A DNA stretch of 64,000 bases, from the NCBI RefSeq assembly GCF_009914755.1, contig NC_060944.1; one strand, 5' to 3'. The notes beneath the pieces were generated by a model that searched no databases, was not told the DNA's origin, and saw nothing but the letters and a program-made list of their open reading frames with translations. Shown in pieces: positions 13,476 through 26,415 of this stretch. The DNA is from the human T2T-CHM13v2.0 reference genome, Homo sapiens. The position numbers and the translations under genes are program-made. Positions within the stretch are counted from its first letter, which is position 1, and each line of letters starts with the position of its first letter.

Positions 13476-14068
13476 TGACAGTGAGAGGAGGCAGCCAAAT
13501 GCCTAAGCAGATAGGGGTGGGTCCCCAGTGAAACCCCGCCTTCAAGCCAAAAAAACAGCCTGAAGGCTGAAAGACTGGACTGCTAGTCCTGGATGAAACC
13601 TGCAACCCAGAGCAAGGACTTCTGTTCCTGTTTACCTGCCCTTCTCCAAATGATTATGAATGATGCCTTTTAACTAATGGAATGTTGCCTTTTCCAATAC
13701 TACCTATGGCCTGTCTCACCCCTATTCTGAGCCCATAAAAAGCCCCAGACCCAGCTACACAGAAAGGAGAGAACCACCTGACTTTGGAGGTGGGCAACCA
13801 CTCCCCACCCCTGCCCCACATCCCCTCTCCTTTGAGAGCCATTCTGTCACTCAATAAAATTCTTCACCTCCCTTCTCATCCTTCAATGTCCAGCATATCC
13901 TCATTCTTCATGGGTGCGATACAAGAGCTCAGGAATCACCAAGTGCAGGTACAAGCTAAATACAGGCAAGCTGGGGCATGCCAGTGTGACCAAGCGAGGC
14001 CCAGGTGGGGCATTACCAGCTGGGGGTCCCTGGCTTGCAAAGTGACCGAGAAGAAAATTCCTACAGCA
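13476..14068 (+). mobile_element. ERV1-class solo LTR (LTR27-like)
   Basis: TG...CA ends, perfect 4-bp TSD ATAA, internal CATAAAAA and AATAAA; subfamily from memory. Confidence 0.85.
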
Positions 14069-14089
14069 ATAACAATGACAGAATTTGTG

Positions 14090-14280
14090 AGATGCTTACT
14101 GGATTTCAGACTCTGCATTTTGCTAGGCTTATTGGGTTTATTCTTCATCACCATTCTCATTCTGCAGATGACAGGGGTAAAACTGAGAGCCATGGAGCTC
14201 AAGGCTGCACAGCTAAAGGAGATAGGGCCAGGATTCAAACCCAGCTCCCTCAGCCTGCAGAGAGACTCGTCCTGTGCTGT
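14090..14280 (-). mobile_element. MIR SINE
   Basis: CTCATTCTGCAGATG...AAACTGAG...GGGCCAGGATTCAAACCCAG. Confidence 0.7.
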
Positions 14281-15421
14281 TCAGCCACCCAGACCAGGCC
14301 AAGGGAAGATGTTTTTCCCTTTCAGCATCTTTCCTGGTAATCAGCACTCATGAGACCTACAGCTGTCACAAGGTATCATGAAGTTCTATTGGGTGTAAGA
14401 AAGAGTTGACTACATGCTAACTCTGTCTTGGTAAGAGAGCTAGACTAGCCATGCTACTGGTGAGTGATACAGCAGTATATGTTCTCATCAAATATCCAGT
14501 TCCTGATACAGGGCCTGGCATCAAAGAGACACACGATAAATGATTCTTGAACACATTTTGAAGGAAGTCATAGCGAATGCACTCAGGGGGACCAGCTCTG
14601 ACCTTTCTGCCAGTGCTTCCCCAGGCTCAGATAACACATATTTCAAATTTTGGAGAATTCTGATACCAGATTCCAAAGGGCATCCATCTCAGATTCCAAA
14701 GGGCATCCATCTCCTCCTCTGGTTCAAATGACACTCTGCCTAGGTCTGTGACCAGGTCATCTCAGCATCTCATCCACCTCCTTCCCTGCTCCGGCCTGGA
14801 GTCCTGCCTGCTCCACCCACCCACCCTGTTAATTTCTAGCTCTGAACTAGCTCAGCCACTTCTCTCTCTGCTCCTATTCCTGGTTCTGTAAGTTCTCCTG
14901 AAAAACAATCACACATGTGTGCTGATGGTTGTCCTTATGAATGCGTATTCCATCTCATCAAACTCCTGGACTTTGAGATTATTTGACTTGTTTTCTTTCG
15001 GTTATTTCCCGTCAACCACCACAGTCAGAGTGTGAGGGTGACTTGGGATGGGGAGAGGAGGGACGTGATGGAAGAGGTGGGAAAAGGTTTTGTATGGGGT
15101 TGTAGGTGATGTTTTAATGTTTTGCATTGATGAATAAAAATAGTTGTTACCATAACCCCCAAAACGAATGGACCCATAACTCTTATTTTACACAATATTT
15201 TTCCTACTGTGGACAGATTCATCATGTTTGTGACACTTAAAAGCTGTTTTACTCTGGCTGCTAGGTGGGATAGTGTATCCCCACATCTCTCTCAAAGCTC
15301 ACCTGTGTGTTCTAAAACTTCATCTCCATGGCACATTTTGCATCCTCTTATCTCAAGGTTGTTGAAGCAGATTTAAGAGCTACCTTCCTTCCTCTCAGCA
15401 CATGGACTTGCAACTTTATCT

Positions 15422-15587
15422 AGCGGGGATTCTCGAGCTTAGGTGTATTAACACTCAGATGGCTGAGCCCTGCCCCACAGAGTTTCTGATTCACTAGGTT
15501 TGGCGTGGAACAAGAATTTGCATTTCTAATAAATTCCCAGGTGATGCCAATGTTGCTGGTCTGGGGACCCCATTGTGAGAATGACTC
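15422..15587. mobile_element. MER5A
   Basis: CAGAGTTTCTGATTCA...AGAATTTGCATTTCTAATAAATTCCCAGGTGATGCC...GGTCTGGGGACC. Confidence 0.85.
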
Positions 15588-17527
15588 TATGACACCTATC
15601 CTTGCCTTCTTAACTTCTGTCTCAGATAAACAGTTGTCCTCTCTTCTTTTGGCAGCTAACCTCTCCAGTTAGGGACACTAACCATGTCTCCTCAAAGCAT
15701 ATGTAGAAAATTCACTATGGTCAGGGATTGAACTCAATCTCATGCGTTCAGCAGTAAGCAAAGCTGACTCAGACACTTTAGATAAGAAGAGAGGTATCAT
15801 TTGGATGCAGATACATATGATCAATTCTGAATTGGTTGAAAGTGTTGCTTTTACCAAACTGATGACAGTGATTATCTACATGATGATGAAATTTATGGAT
15901 AGATGCTGAAACAGTTATATATATATATAAAAAAAAAACAATTCCCCAAAGATTGGGACCACTACGAAGAATTTGCCTTCTTTAAACTAGGTACCCCAGT
16001 AGAGAATGTTATTTTCCTTTTGCAAACTGATCTGCAGTGGTTTGTGGATGTCAGCTTGCTATATGCCTAATAGAGTTGTCTATTCCTCAATTCCACATCT
16101 TTTGCAGAATATTTCAGTGAGATTCAACCTCAAAAATAAGAGTAAGAAAAAAATACAGGAAGGTTGGCTGAGCAGTGCAGCACCTACCTATGGCAACTCT
16201 TAAATCATTTGATATTTTTGAAGCTTTTGCTCCAGTAGAAAACTCAGACCTCTGAGTTGGATGGAGGTGAGGGGAGTACAAAACCAACACCAGGGGTTCC
16301 TTGCAGCAGCCCAGAAAGCACTTGTGAATGTGGCAGGAAATGAGATCTTAAGTCAGTGCATAAAACAATCAAATCCATCACAGCCTTGGAATGGCCCTTA
16401 TAACTCAGGGACTGTCAAAGCCCTTTGTGTGCACAGAGGCAGTCGTAGAAGGAGTGACGAACTGAGCTCAGAGTCTGCTAAATCTATTCTGGCAGCCAGA
16501 GGAATATATTTCCAAAGCCAAGTCACATCATTTTCCTTGAGCTCATTTGACTGCAGGCTAAGAAGCTATTGCAGAAAACAAAAGTATGGTGGAAGGGGTG
16601 CTGGAATAATGAATATTAATGAACTTAATTCTCTGGTTTGGGGTTGGCTTGTACTGGTAAGATGCAAAGGCGGATAAAGAAGAACGAATTGAAACTGGTG
16701 CTTCAAAATGAACAGTCTTGGCCACTCATCTACTGATCTAATACATGTTTACAGTGTGCCTACTATTTGCTTGCTCCTGGGCTTGGCAAAGATGAAAAAC
16801 ACCAACCCTCTGTCCTCAGGGACTTCCTGGCCTGTTGGAGACACAGATGTACATGGTATCATGACAATTCAGGGCTTTGCTGTCCATTATAGAGAACACA
16901 TACAAACTGGAGGGGAAGTCAGAGAAGGCACAGCAGAAGGTGCAAATGCTTAAACAAAGCTTCCCTCTGGCAGGCATATTGACTGACCCTCCTTGAGTTA
17001 TGAGCTTGAGCTTTGGTTAAAGCTGGCACTGCAAAGAAACAGTAGCTAGATCTCCCGGTTTCCCAGGAGAGTCTTGATTATACACGTTTTTCCTGTTGCC
17101 CCAGTTGAATTGTGTCTTCCCAAAATAAACGTCTGAATCTTAAACCCCCATAGTTGGGAATGTGATCTTATTTGGAAATAGGGTCTTCGCAGATGTAATC
17201 AAGTTAAGATGTGGTCGTATTGCATTAGGGTGGCCCTAAATCCAGTGGCTGATATCCTTATAACACCAGGTGAAAACACAAAGATAGAGGCCCAATCATA
17301 GAGGGGAGAAGGTCATGTGAAGATGGAGGCAGAAACTGGAGTGGTGAAGCTACAAGCCAAGGAATGCCAAAGACTGCAGGCAACCACCAGAAGCTAGAAG
17401 AGGCAAGGAATCATTCTTCCCTAAAGCCTTCAGATTCTTCCCTATTGACACCTTGATTTCAGACCTCTTGTCATCTGAACTGTGAGAAAATAAATTTCTG
17501 CTGTTTTAAGCCACCTAGCTTGTAGTA

Positions 17528-18263
<736 letters not shown>

Positions 18264-18769
18264 TTACAACAGCCATAGGAAGCTATTACAACTCTCAAGT
18301 TTGAATTTTGATTCAGAACATGTGGTGTCTGTATTTTAGTGTTCCATATGATCTAGAATAAGTCTGAGGAGATAACTTCTAGCACTTTTGCTTCCCCTTT
18401 TCTCTCCCTGCCAAACTCTTCCTAAATTCAGTTCCGGATTAGGAAGATCACTTCTCACTCCACCTGGCAGGGTCATCTTCTTGACTGCACCTCTCCAGTT
18501 TCTCTCTGAGACTGGAAAGACACTCCAGAGATAAGGCTTGTCCTAACCAATCAGCACTCAGAAAACATCTATTGACTGGATTTGATGTAAGGTGGGCTCT
18601 AAGTAAAGCCTGAATTTATTAATCCTCCAGAAAGTTTACTGACCTCTCTGAGTTGGATGAGGCCAGATCTAATAATGAGTATGTTCCAGACTACTAAAGA
18701 CAAGCATATTTATGACTATATTCACCCAATTTGGGATTGCACTCTTAGACTACTGCCATTTACAGATTA

Positions 18770-19240
18770 CATTAGCAGATACTTTTGGAAAACAATTTGG
18801 CATTGTCATTAGTATTTATAAAATGTTTGGGTTCTTTGACTCAATAATTAAACTTCAGGGAAACTGTCCTGAAAACAAACCAAAAATTCAGACAAAGCTG
18901 TTGCTACAATGATGTCAAAATGATACAAGAACTGAAAGTAATCTATATGTCCAACAACAGAAGAATAACTTAGTAAACAATTATAGTGTGTTCATAAAAG
19001 AGACTATTACACAGCTACTTAAGGCAGTGCTGTTGAACGTCATGTGTTAATACTGAAATGCTTTAATATGCTAAGTAAAAGGAAGACGTTTTTAAAAATT
19101 ATATACTATGATGACATCATAAAGTGTCCGCTGAAACTTGGCTGGAAGGAAATATGCCAAAATGGTAATTGTATTTGTGTTTGCTCTTATGAAATCCCTT
19201 GCTATGTCTGCGTTTGAATTTTTCTGCAATGTTTTCATTT
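18770..19240 (+). mobile_element. Old L1 (L1ME-like) 3' fragment
   Basis: CTTTTGGAAAACAATTTGGCA...CTTTGACTCAATAATT...ATGTCCAACAACAG. Confidence 0.6.
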
Positions 19241-19245
19241 TTGAA

Positions 19246-19529
19246 TTTTTTTTTTTGAGACAGGATCTCACTCTGTTGCCCAGGCTGGAGTGCAAAGGTG
19301 TGATCACAGCTCACTGAAGTCTCAACCTTCTGGGCTCAAGTGACCCTCCCACCTCAGCCTCCCCAGTAACTGGGACTACAGGTGCATGCCACCACACATG
19401 GCTGATTATTATTATTATTTTTTCTGTAGAGATGGGATCTCCCTTTGTTACTCAGGCTGGTCTTAAACTCCTGGGCTCAATTGATCCTCTTGGCTCCATC
19501 TCCCAAAACACTGGGATGACAGGCATGAG
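19246..19529 (-). mobile_element. AluJ
   Basis: GAGACAGGATCTCACTCTGTTGCCCAGG...GATCACAGCTCACTG...CTGGGCTCAAG. Confidence 0.93.
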
Positions 19530-19729
19530 ACATATTTTTGAAATTTAAAATACAAAGGAATAGACCTTCAGATTCATTTATTTATGTGCTTAAAATTGAT
19601 AGAAAATAGCAAGTCATTTCAGTCTATTCATTAATTAAATATCAGTTGCTATTTCATATCTATGTGCAAAAGAATCTTGTCTATTTCACATGTTCCATAG
19701 GAAAATTATCTTCCTTTAAACTATGACCT

Positions 19730-19900
19730 CTGAGCACCAAATTCAGTCTACTGCCTGTTTGGTAAATAAAGGTTTATTGGAACACAACCACATCCATTTA
19801 CTTTAGGCTGCATTACAACAGCAAAGCTGAGTAGATCTTACAGCTCTAAAGCCTAAAATATTTAATCTCTGGCTCTTTACAGAACATTTGCCTACTCCTG
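19730..19900. mobile_element. MER58-like
   Basis: GTAAATAAAGGTTTATTGGAACAC...GCCTAAAATATTTA...CTTTACAGAA. Confidence 0.75.
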
Positions 19901-20113
19901 CATTAAAACATTTTTCCATTCTAACTTCAAATAACTCCAATTGGTCTTTTCTGTCGTTCCTGATAGGAAAGCCTGTTTGAGCTTTTGGCATGGGCATCTG
20001 ACATTAGCTGAATCCATAGACCCTGGCCTTGATATGTTTACCCTGGCATTTATAATATGGCTCAGTTTGGATTTGGTGGAGGACACTATGCATTGGTGGG
20101 AAATTAGGAATCT

Positions 20114-20442
<329 letters not shown>

Positions 20443-21269
20443 TAAATCCTGGAGTTTGGATCTCTGGACACCTCCCCCTATCCCAACCAAATAGGTTCTG
20501 GGTAACTAACTCCCACTCCCACGTTAAATCCACTCCACAGCATTAAAAGAATGGTCCAGAGTATTGGTATTTTTGTTATTATCCACTCCAAAAGATACAA
20601 TTGAATTCGATTAGCAATATAGCAGGAAGGCTACTGCTCCAGCGACTGCTTTTGTCTTACCCCAAAGCAGCTCAAGTTCATTAAAATCACAATTATCTGA
20701 CTCTTAATTAGGTGAGATAATTTAATTAACAATGCCCACTTAATTGTCGATGGCAGGAAACTGAGACGAGCAGGCTCCATGGTGGCTGAGGCAACTTAGC
20801 TTGAAATATAGTGGATGGCATTCTGAACCAGCCGGCTCAGTGAGCTCTGTGCATGCACTTGGCATGTGAAAGACCTGAGAAAAGTAAACTTGGCTCTCAT
20901 TAGAAAATCTAATTCTGATCTGGAATGGTGAGGGTGAAGGATTTATAGCATGATGGCCAAAATAATGATCCTGAATCAGCTCCCTAAATCCTTGTCATTC
21001 ATTCATTCATTCATTCATTCATTCATTCATACATACATTCATTTACTCATTTTCTATTTCTCCACTTTTATTCCTTCTCTTGTTTCTTCCTTCTCTCTCC
21101 ACCTTCCAAAATCTATTAAAACCTTATTTTTGTTCTATTAAGTATAAAGTGCTTTGTTGGATACCAAAAATGGGTAAGAAGACTTTTTTTAATTTTAATT
21201 TTTATTTTTTATGGGAAGAGGCCCGGGCAGTCTGAATTTCAAGAAAAGGAATGATGATGGTAACTTTGA

Positions 21270-21500
21270 TAACCACAGTTTATTGAGTCCTTATCATGCA
21301 CCAGGCAATATGCTAAATGCTTTAATCTCATTATCTTATTTTATGTTCACAAACCCCTGTAAGCTAGGTATTATCATTTGCATTTTACCAATGAGGAGAA
21401 ACTGGGGCTTCAGGTGATAAAGGAACATGTTTAGGGTCATGTAGCCAATAAAGGACAGAACCTAGATGCAGCACAGATACCTATAATGCCGTTGCTTTCA
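21270..21500 (-). mobile_element. MIR SINE
   Basis: TTTATTGAG...CCAGGCA...GGTATTATC...CATTTTACCAATGAGGA. Confidence 0.75.
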
Positions 21501-21723
21501 AACACTAGATAATGGTTCCCTTGCGCAGCTCTTAAACCCACAGAACGGTACACACCCCACAGCATCCCTCTCAAACCTTGGGACCTCCAGTCCTTACACT
21601 GCTTACTTTAGTGCAGGCATACCTATGTGTCCGGCTTTTAAAACTCATAACCCTGGGCTCATGGGGGCCAGGTCCTTTCTTTTTAAGCTTCTTTTCTTGC
21701 TGTTTCAACCTTCTGTTGTGGGA

Positions 21724-22195
21724 TGTTGCTAAAGAAAAAAAGTGTTCATGACACTTGTTAAAGATGGCAAGGAAGACTATTCAAGGTCAGGGACTAGGAT
21801 GGGAAGTATAGGGACCATTGCAATGGGGTCTTACAGTGGGGGAGACAGACTGGTCTCAACTCTGACTCCAGCAAGCGTAAGTGGAGATTTATAGCCAAGG
21901 AGCAAGGTGAGGGGTCAGGAGATGGAAAATTACTAAGAGACATCAGGGATAGGGGGATTCTGGCTAGACTGACTTGATAAAATTCTTGCTTAAGGCAGGC
22001 CAGAGTGGGGGATAAGGAATTTGATTAGATTACCAAGGATGAGAGATTTTCACTAAACTGACCAAGCAAGAGTCTGCTAAAACTGGACTAACTGGCCAGA
22101 GTCACTAGGGCAAGATCAGAGCCAAAGACCAGGGCCTAGTAAGAAAGAGAACTCAGAGAAACCTGACTCAAGTCTTGTCAAGGGAGAGAATGACA
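21724..22195 (-). mobile_element. MER31-like ERV1 LTR
   Basis: GATTTATAGCCAAGGAGCA...GGAAAATTACTAAGAG...GGCCTAG...CCTGACTCAAGTCTTGTCAAGGGAGAGA. Confidence 0.8.
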
Positions 22196-23699
22196 GAGTC
22201 CAGAAGGGCGGAGCTCAGGGCTCAAAGCAATGCACTTCTGATCCTCAGTGGTGGTGCCATTCAATGACTTCGGCTTCAGGTCCTGTGTTTTACTCCTTTT
22301 GCCTTGCACCTTCGATTATACACTCTTTCGTGGACATACAAGGACTTTGAAATTGTTCAAAGTCTGGTAAAAAATTTCCATAAAGTACTTCCATAGCTTT
22401 TAGCAGATTCTCTAAGGGGTCCCTATGAGATTTAAAAAAAAAAATCTAGACTCCTCATAAGTGTCTCTCAGAGCTGTGACCTACACACTCATGGTGACTT
22501 GTTAAAAATGCAAATTCCTAGGCCCCAGTCTGGAACTGGCTCAGGGATTGGCAATTCCTAAAACGCCCAGAAACCTGCATTTTTAAACAACTATCTCTTA
22601 TTAAGAAATGCCTGATCTTCAAGGTGGCAGCACCAAGCTGTGATGACATTTGAAGTCCTGGATTGAAATCTTCCTATTATTTTGCTAGGACCTGGGCTTG
22701 GAATGCATCCAGCATCCTGCTGAGGCCTGGGGGAGCTGAAGGGGTGGGGGAAGCCGGCTGTATGTTTGCAGGTGCAAACATGGCTGTATTTCTCACGTGG
22801 CCTTTTCCCTGGGGCTTTATTTTGTCCAGCAAGCCAGCCCAGTTTCCATTGTTTTCAACAACTGTGATTGCTGCCAGTGTGTAGGGAAATGTGAACTCTA
22901 AAGCTTGATTCAAACACTGTGACCAGCTTTTATTCCAAACAGCAGCCCCTAGGGCTCTGTTTGCAAGGCAGCCCCGAGGCCTTTGAGGCCAGGGTCACAG
23001 TTTCCTCTGTTTGGGGGCAGAAGGAGCACAAGCTGACCTTTCCCTGGCTCTCTACAGCCTTGTAAATGTTGAAGTTTGTGTAGTTTGCTCGTTCTTTACA
23101 ATCCCGCAGAGCTCCTTGGGTCAGTTTCAGCACAGGGAGCGCTCGACTATTAAGCATTTTTGAGGACCCTGGGCAGGAAATACCCACGTTGGCCCTCTTG
23201 CTTGTAGCACCAGGTTCAAAGCTGGTCAGGAGGTTATGTCCCAGGTGCTGACCATGATTATACTGCTTTGGGAGATGATCTCCTTGCTTTAGGTCACAGA
23301 CAAGTTAGTGACACAACTAGACCCCACATTTGACATCTAGCCCAGTGGCTCAGTTCTCAGCCTTCTTTGCTTCCAATGGAGAACCAGTCACCCATACAGC
23401 AGAAAATCTGACACATTCTGTCCCTCAGACCTGTGGGATATAGAAAGGCTATTTTCCTGTTGAACCAACCCCTCCCATGCCCCTTTCCTCTCCCAATCCA
23501 CTGGACCAGAAAATGGTACAAACTCTAAAAAACATCAGACATTACACTTGGGTCCTAGTTTTTGAGGGCCAATGTCCTGGGACTTTCTCCCCAAGTTTTT
23601 CAAAAACAATCACATAAAAGCGAACTATTGATAATTTAATAGATATTTATTCCAGGTAGAACTCCACACAAGGTAAACTATAATCCCTAGAGATTACAC

Positions 23700-24405
23700 A
23701 CTTCCTTCTTCCTCACCTCAATTCATTACCAAGTCCTAGTAATGTTAATTCCATTTACCTCTTGACTCCATTGACCGCTGTCTATCCACAGTCCCCAGCC
23801 TGGTTAGGTTTCCAACTCCTGAGCTTGAATGATTGAAATAGCCTCCTACTTCTGTTCAGTTTCACTCCTACCTCCAACCCCAGATCCATTCTCTACAAAG
23901 CAGGTAGGGCTATATTTTCTAAAATACAAATTTGATTATGTCATTCCCAGCTTAAAGCCTGTCAAGAGCTTTAGAAAATCTACCATAATGAGGTCCCCTT
24001 GTGATAGGGTTCCCACCAACTTTCTAAGCCTGCTTTCCTTGTCTTCTATGTGCTTTCTGTTACATTTCTAGAAAACGCTGTGCTATTTCTCTTCCTTTCC
24101 CTGCTCAACGTCTAGATCATCCTTCAGAGCTCATCAGAAAACCCTCCCTCTGAGAACTTTTCCTGACCTCCCAACTGGTCAGGAGTCCCTGTTAAAGCCT
24201 TATAGCACTTATCAGCACTTACCACCATCTATATTTATATATTTTCATGTGACTCTTTAATTAGTGCCTGCCTCCTCTGTCTCGACTGTGAGTCCTCAGA
24301 GGGCAGAGACTCTGTTTAGTTACATCCTCCTTTTTCCCTGATGACAGTCACTGTACCAAACTCAGAGATATTCATTCTATTTCTAATGAATGAGCCTAAT
24401 GAATG
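23700..24405 (+). mobile_element. L2 LINE 3' region
   Basis: CATTACCAAGTCCT...TTCTAAAATACAAATTTGATTATGTCATTCCC...GAGGGCAGAGAC...TGAATGA tail. Confidence 0.75.
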
Positions 24406-24609
24406 AGGAAAAGAGTAACTTCCTACATTAAAGAAGTTTACTGACTGGGTTGGAAACATTGAAATCTTCCTCTCTTGTACTTGCTAAGTGAGCCCTAGGA
24501 TTTGTATGACAAAAAGCCATATATAGCTCAAATCTGCTTTGGAGGCTTTGTGGGGCCACTAGGTCAGCAAGAACACCTGGCTTGTGCTCTGAAACAATTA
24601 GCCTGACTT

Positions 24610-24760
24610 GGGTTGCATTGGATTTTGTTAAAACATGTGCCGATTGCTACGAAAACTGTTTGCATATAATCAATCTTCAGCTGCAGAGAGATGTCGAGTA
24701 TGGGAGGGCGTGTCACGCTGGCTGTTTATAAACTCTGCACGACTGAGGACTCTTCCCCAA
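24610..24760 (+). promoter_or_regulatory. Candidate TATA-type promoter or enhancer module
   Basis: ATTGG 24617, GTTTGCAT 24658, GGGAGGGCGTGTC 24702, TATAAA 24727; locally raised CpG; motif evidence only. Confidence 0.3.
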
Positions 24761-24999
24761 CATCCCAGAGTCTGTAGTCCTTGCCTGCCCTTTCCCAAAG
24801 CAGGAGTGCCCTTCTGGATGAGCCCATTGCGTGAATTATTTTCCTTTTGCTTCCTCAAAATCAAATGAGCCAATGTATTTGGGGCCCCAGGGTAAGGGAA
24901 GAATGTGAGACACATTCCTGGTGTGTCCAAGACCAAATTGAAGGGAGGTCCAATAATGTAAGGTCAAGTAGCCATAGGAGTCTATGGGCTGCATGCTTC

Positions 25000-25140
25000 T
25001 GTACTTCTCTATGCCTCATTCCCCTCATCTGCAAAATGGGATGAGAGTGATTCCTACCTTGTCAGGAGATAGGAAGGCCTAATAGGAATAGTCCATATGA
25101 AGCAGTGGGAACAGTGCCCAGCACATAGTAAATACTCAGC
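25000..25140 (+). mobile_element. MIR SINE
   Basis: CCTCATCTGCAAAATGGGATG...ACAGTGCCCAGCACATAGTAAATACTCA. Confidence 0.8.
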
Positions 25141-25191
25141 CAGAGGTATCTTTGGTAAAACTTCATCAAAGACACTCAAGCTGACTGCTGG

Positions 25192-25988
25192 TGAAGGTGG
25201 AGAGTTCCCTGATTCCCCTTGTAGGACCTCTGATTCCCCTCATAGGATGTGCGACACGAGTGTGGCTCACCTGTTTCATCACCCCACAGCTCAAATTCCT
25301 AGGGGGAACATGCAGACGGGCAAGTGCAGAGGCCGGAGTGAGTGCTTTGGGCTCTTGACCCCACGGTAGTGTCTATCGGTGAGTGCCTGCAACACCAGTG
25401 TTACAAAGCTCTTTCAGCTTTACCATCTGCAGACAGCTTTGAGTGTTAATCAGCTCAATGGACCCTCTGCCTTATTGCAAAGGAAGAGGGCCAGTATGAC
25501 AGCCTTCTGTATCCCAAGCTCTTGTCCAGTGTCCTGGAATAATCAGATCACATGTGGGCTTGAAGAATGAGTGCAGGGTTTTGAGTGGTGGAGGTGGCTC
25601 TCAGCGAGACTGATGGGAAGCTGGAAGGTGGAGGGGTGGGGGAGATAATCTTCCCCTGGAGTTTGGCTGTTCTCAGCTGAACTCCTCTCAACATTCAGGT
25701 GCCCCTTAGCTCCTTCTCTGCTGTGCCACCCTGCTGCTGTCCGCTGCTCTCTGCCACTCTCCGTGGCTCCTCTTGATGTTCAGCTGCTTGTGTGTGTGAC
25801 CGATAAGGTCTCAGGTTTATATGGCAGCAGGATCAGGGGGCATGGCAGGCCAAAAGGCAAGTTTTTGGGTGCAAAAACAGAAATGCCTGTCCTCATTTAG
25901 GGCTGCGGGTTTTCAGGCTTGAGGGTGAGGCCTTTGCTGGGGAACCACCCTCTTCTACCCAGTATTTCCCTGACTCCTATCTGGATAA
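25192..25988 (-). mobile_element. LTR1-family ERV1 solo LTR
   Basis: Reverse strand begins ...CAGGGAAATACTGGGTAGAAGAGGGTGGTTCCCCAGCAAAGGCC; perfect 4-bp TSD CTGG. Confidence 0.87.
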
Positions 25989-26140
25989 CTGGTTCTCAGG
26001 TCTCCTGTTAGTGGCTACCAGCCCCAGTTGGTAACACAATCACTGGGGAGCTGTTTAAAAGTACAAACTCCATGGCCTCACTGAATCAACATTATCCTAG
26101 AAATTCTGACCGGGACATGTGTATTAAAAAAGAAAGGTCC

Positions 26141-26415
26141 AAAGTGAAGTAACTCAGGAATGGAAAACAAATACCACATGACCTCACTTACAAGTGGGAG
26201 CTAAGCTGTGGGTACAAAAGGCACACCCAGAATGAGCATTGGAGATTCAGAATGGGGAGGGTAGGAGGGAGGCAAGGGATGAAAAACTACCTATTGGGCA
26301 CAATGGATACTACTTGAGTGACAGGTGCACTAAAATCTCAGACTTCACCACCAGACAATTCATCTAAGTAGCCAAAAATCACTTATACCCCAAAATCTAT
26401 TGAAATAAAAAAAAA
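26141..26415 (+). mobile_element. 5'-truncated L1 (L1PB-like) 3' end
   Basis: AAGTGAAGTAACTCAGGAATGGAAAAC...AAGTGGGAGCTAAGC...ACTAAAATCTCAGACTTCACCAC, polyA; TSD ending (G)GTCC. Confidence 0.88.

Noticed and set aside
13063-14353. 180-aa and 189-aa ORFs
   Set aside because: They span LTR, MIR and G-rich low-complexity sequence and have no recognisable domain.
22677-23187. Two tandem minus-strand ORFs of protein-like composition
   Set aside because: Non-ATG starts, short, no recognisable homology or exon structure.
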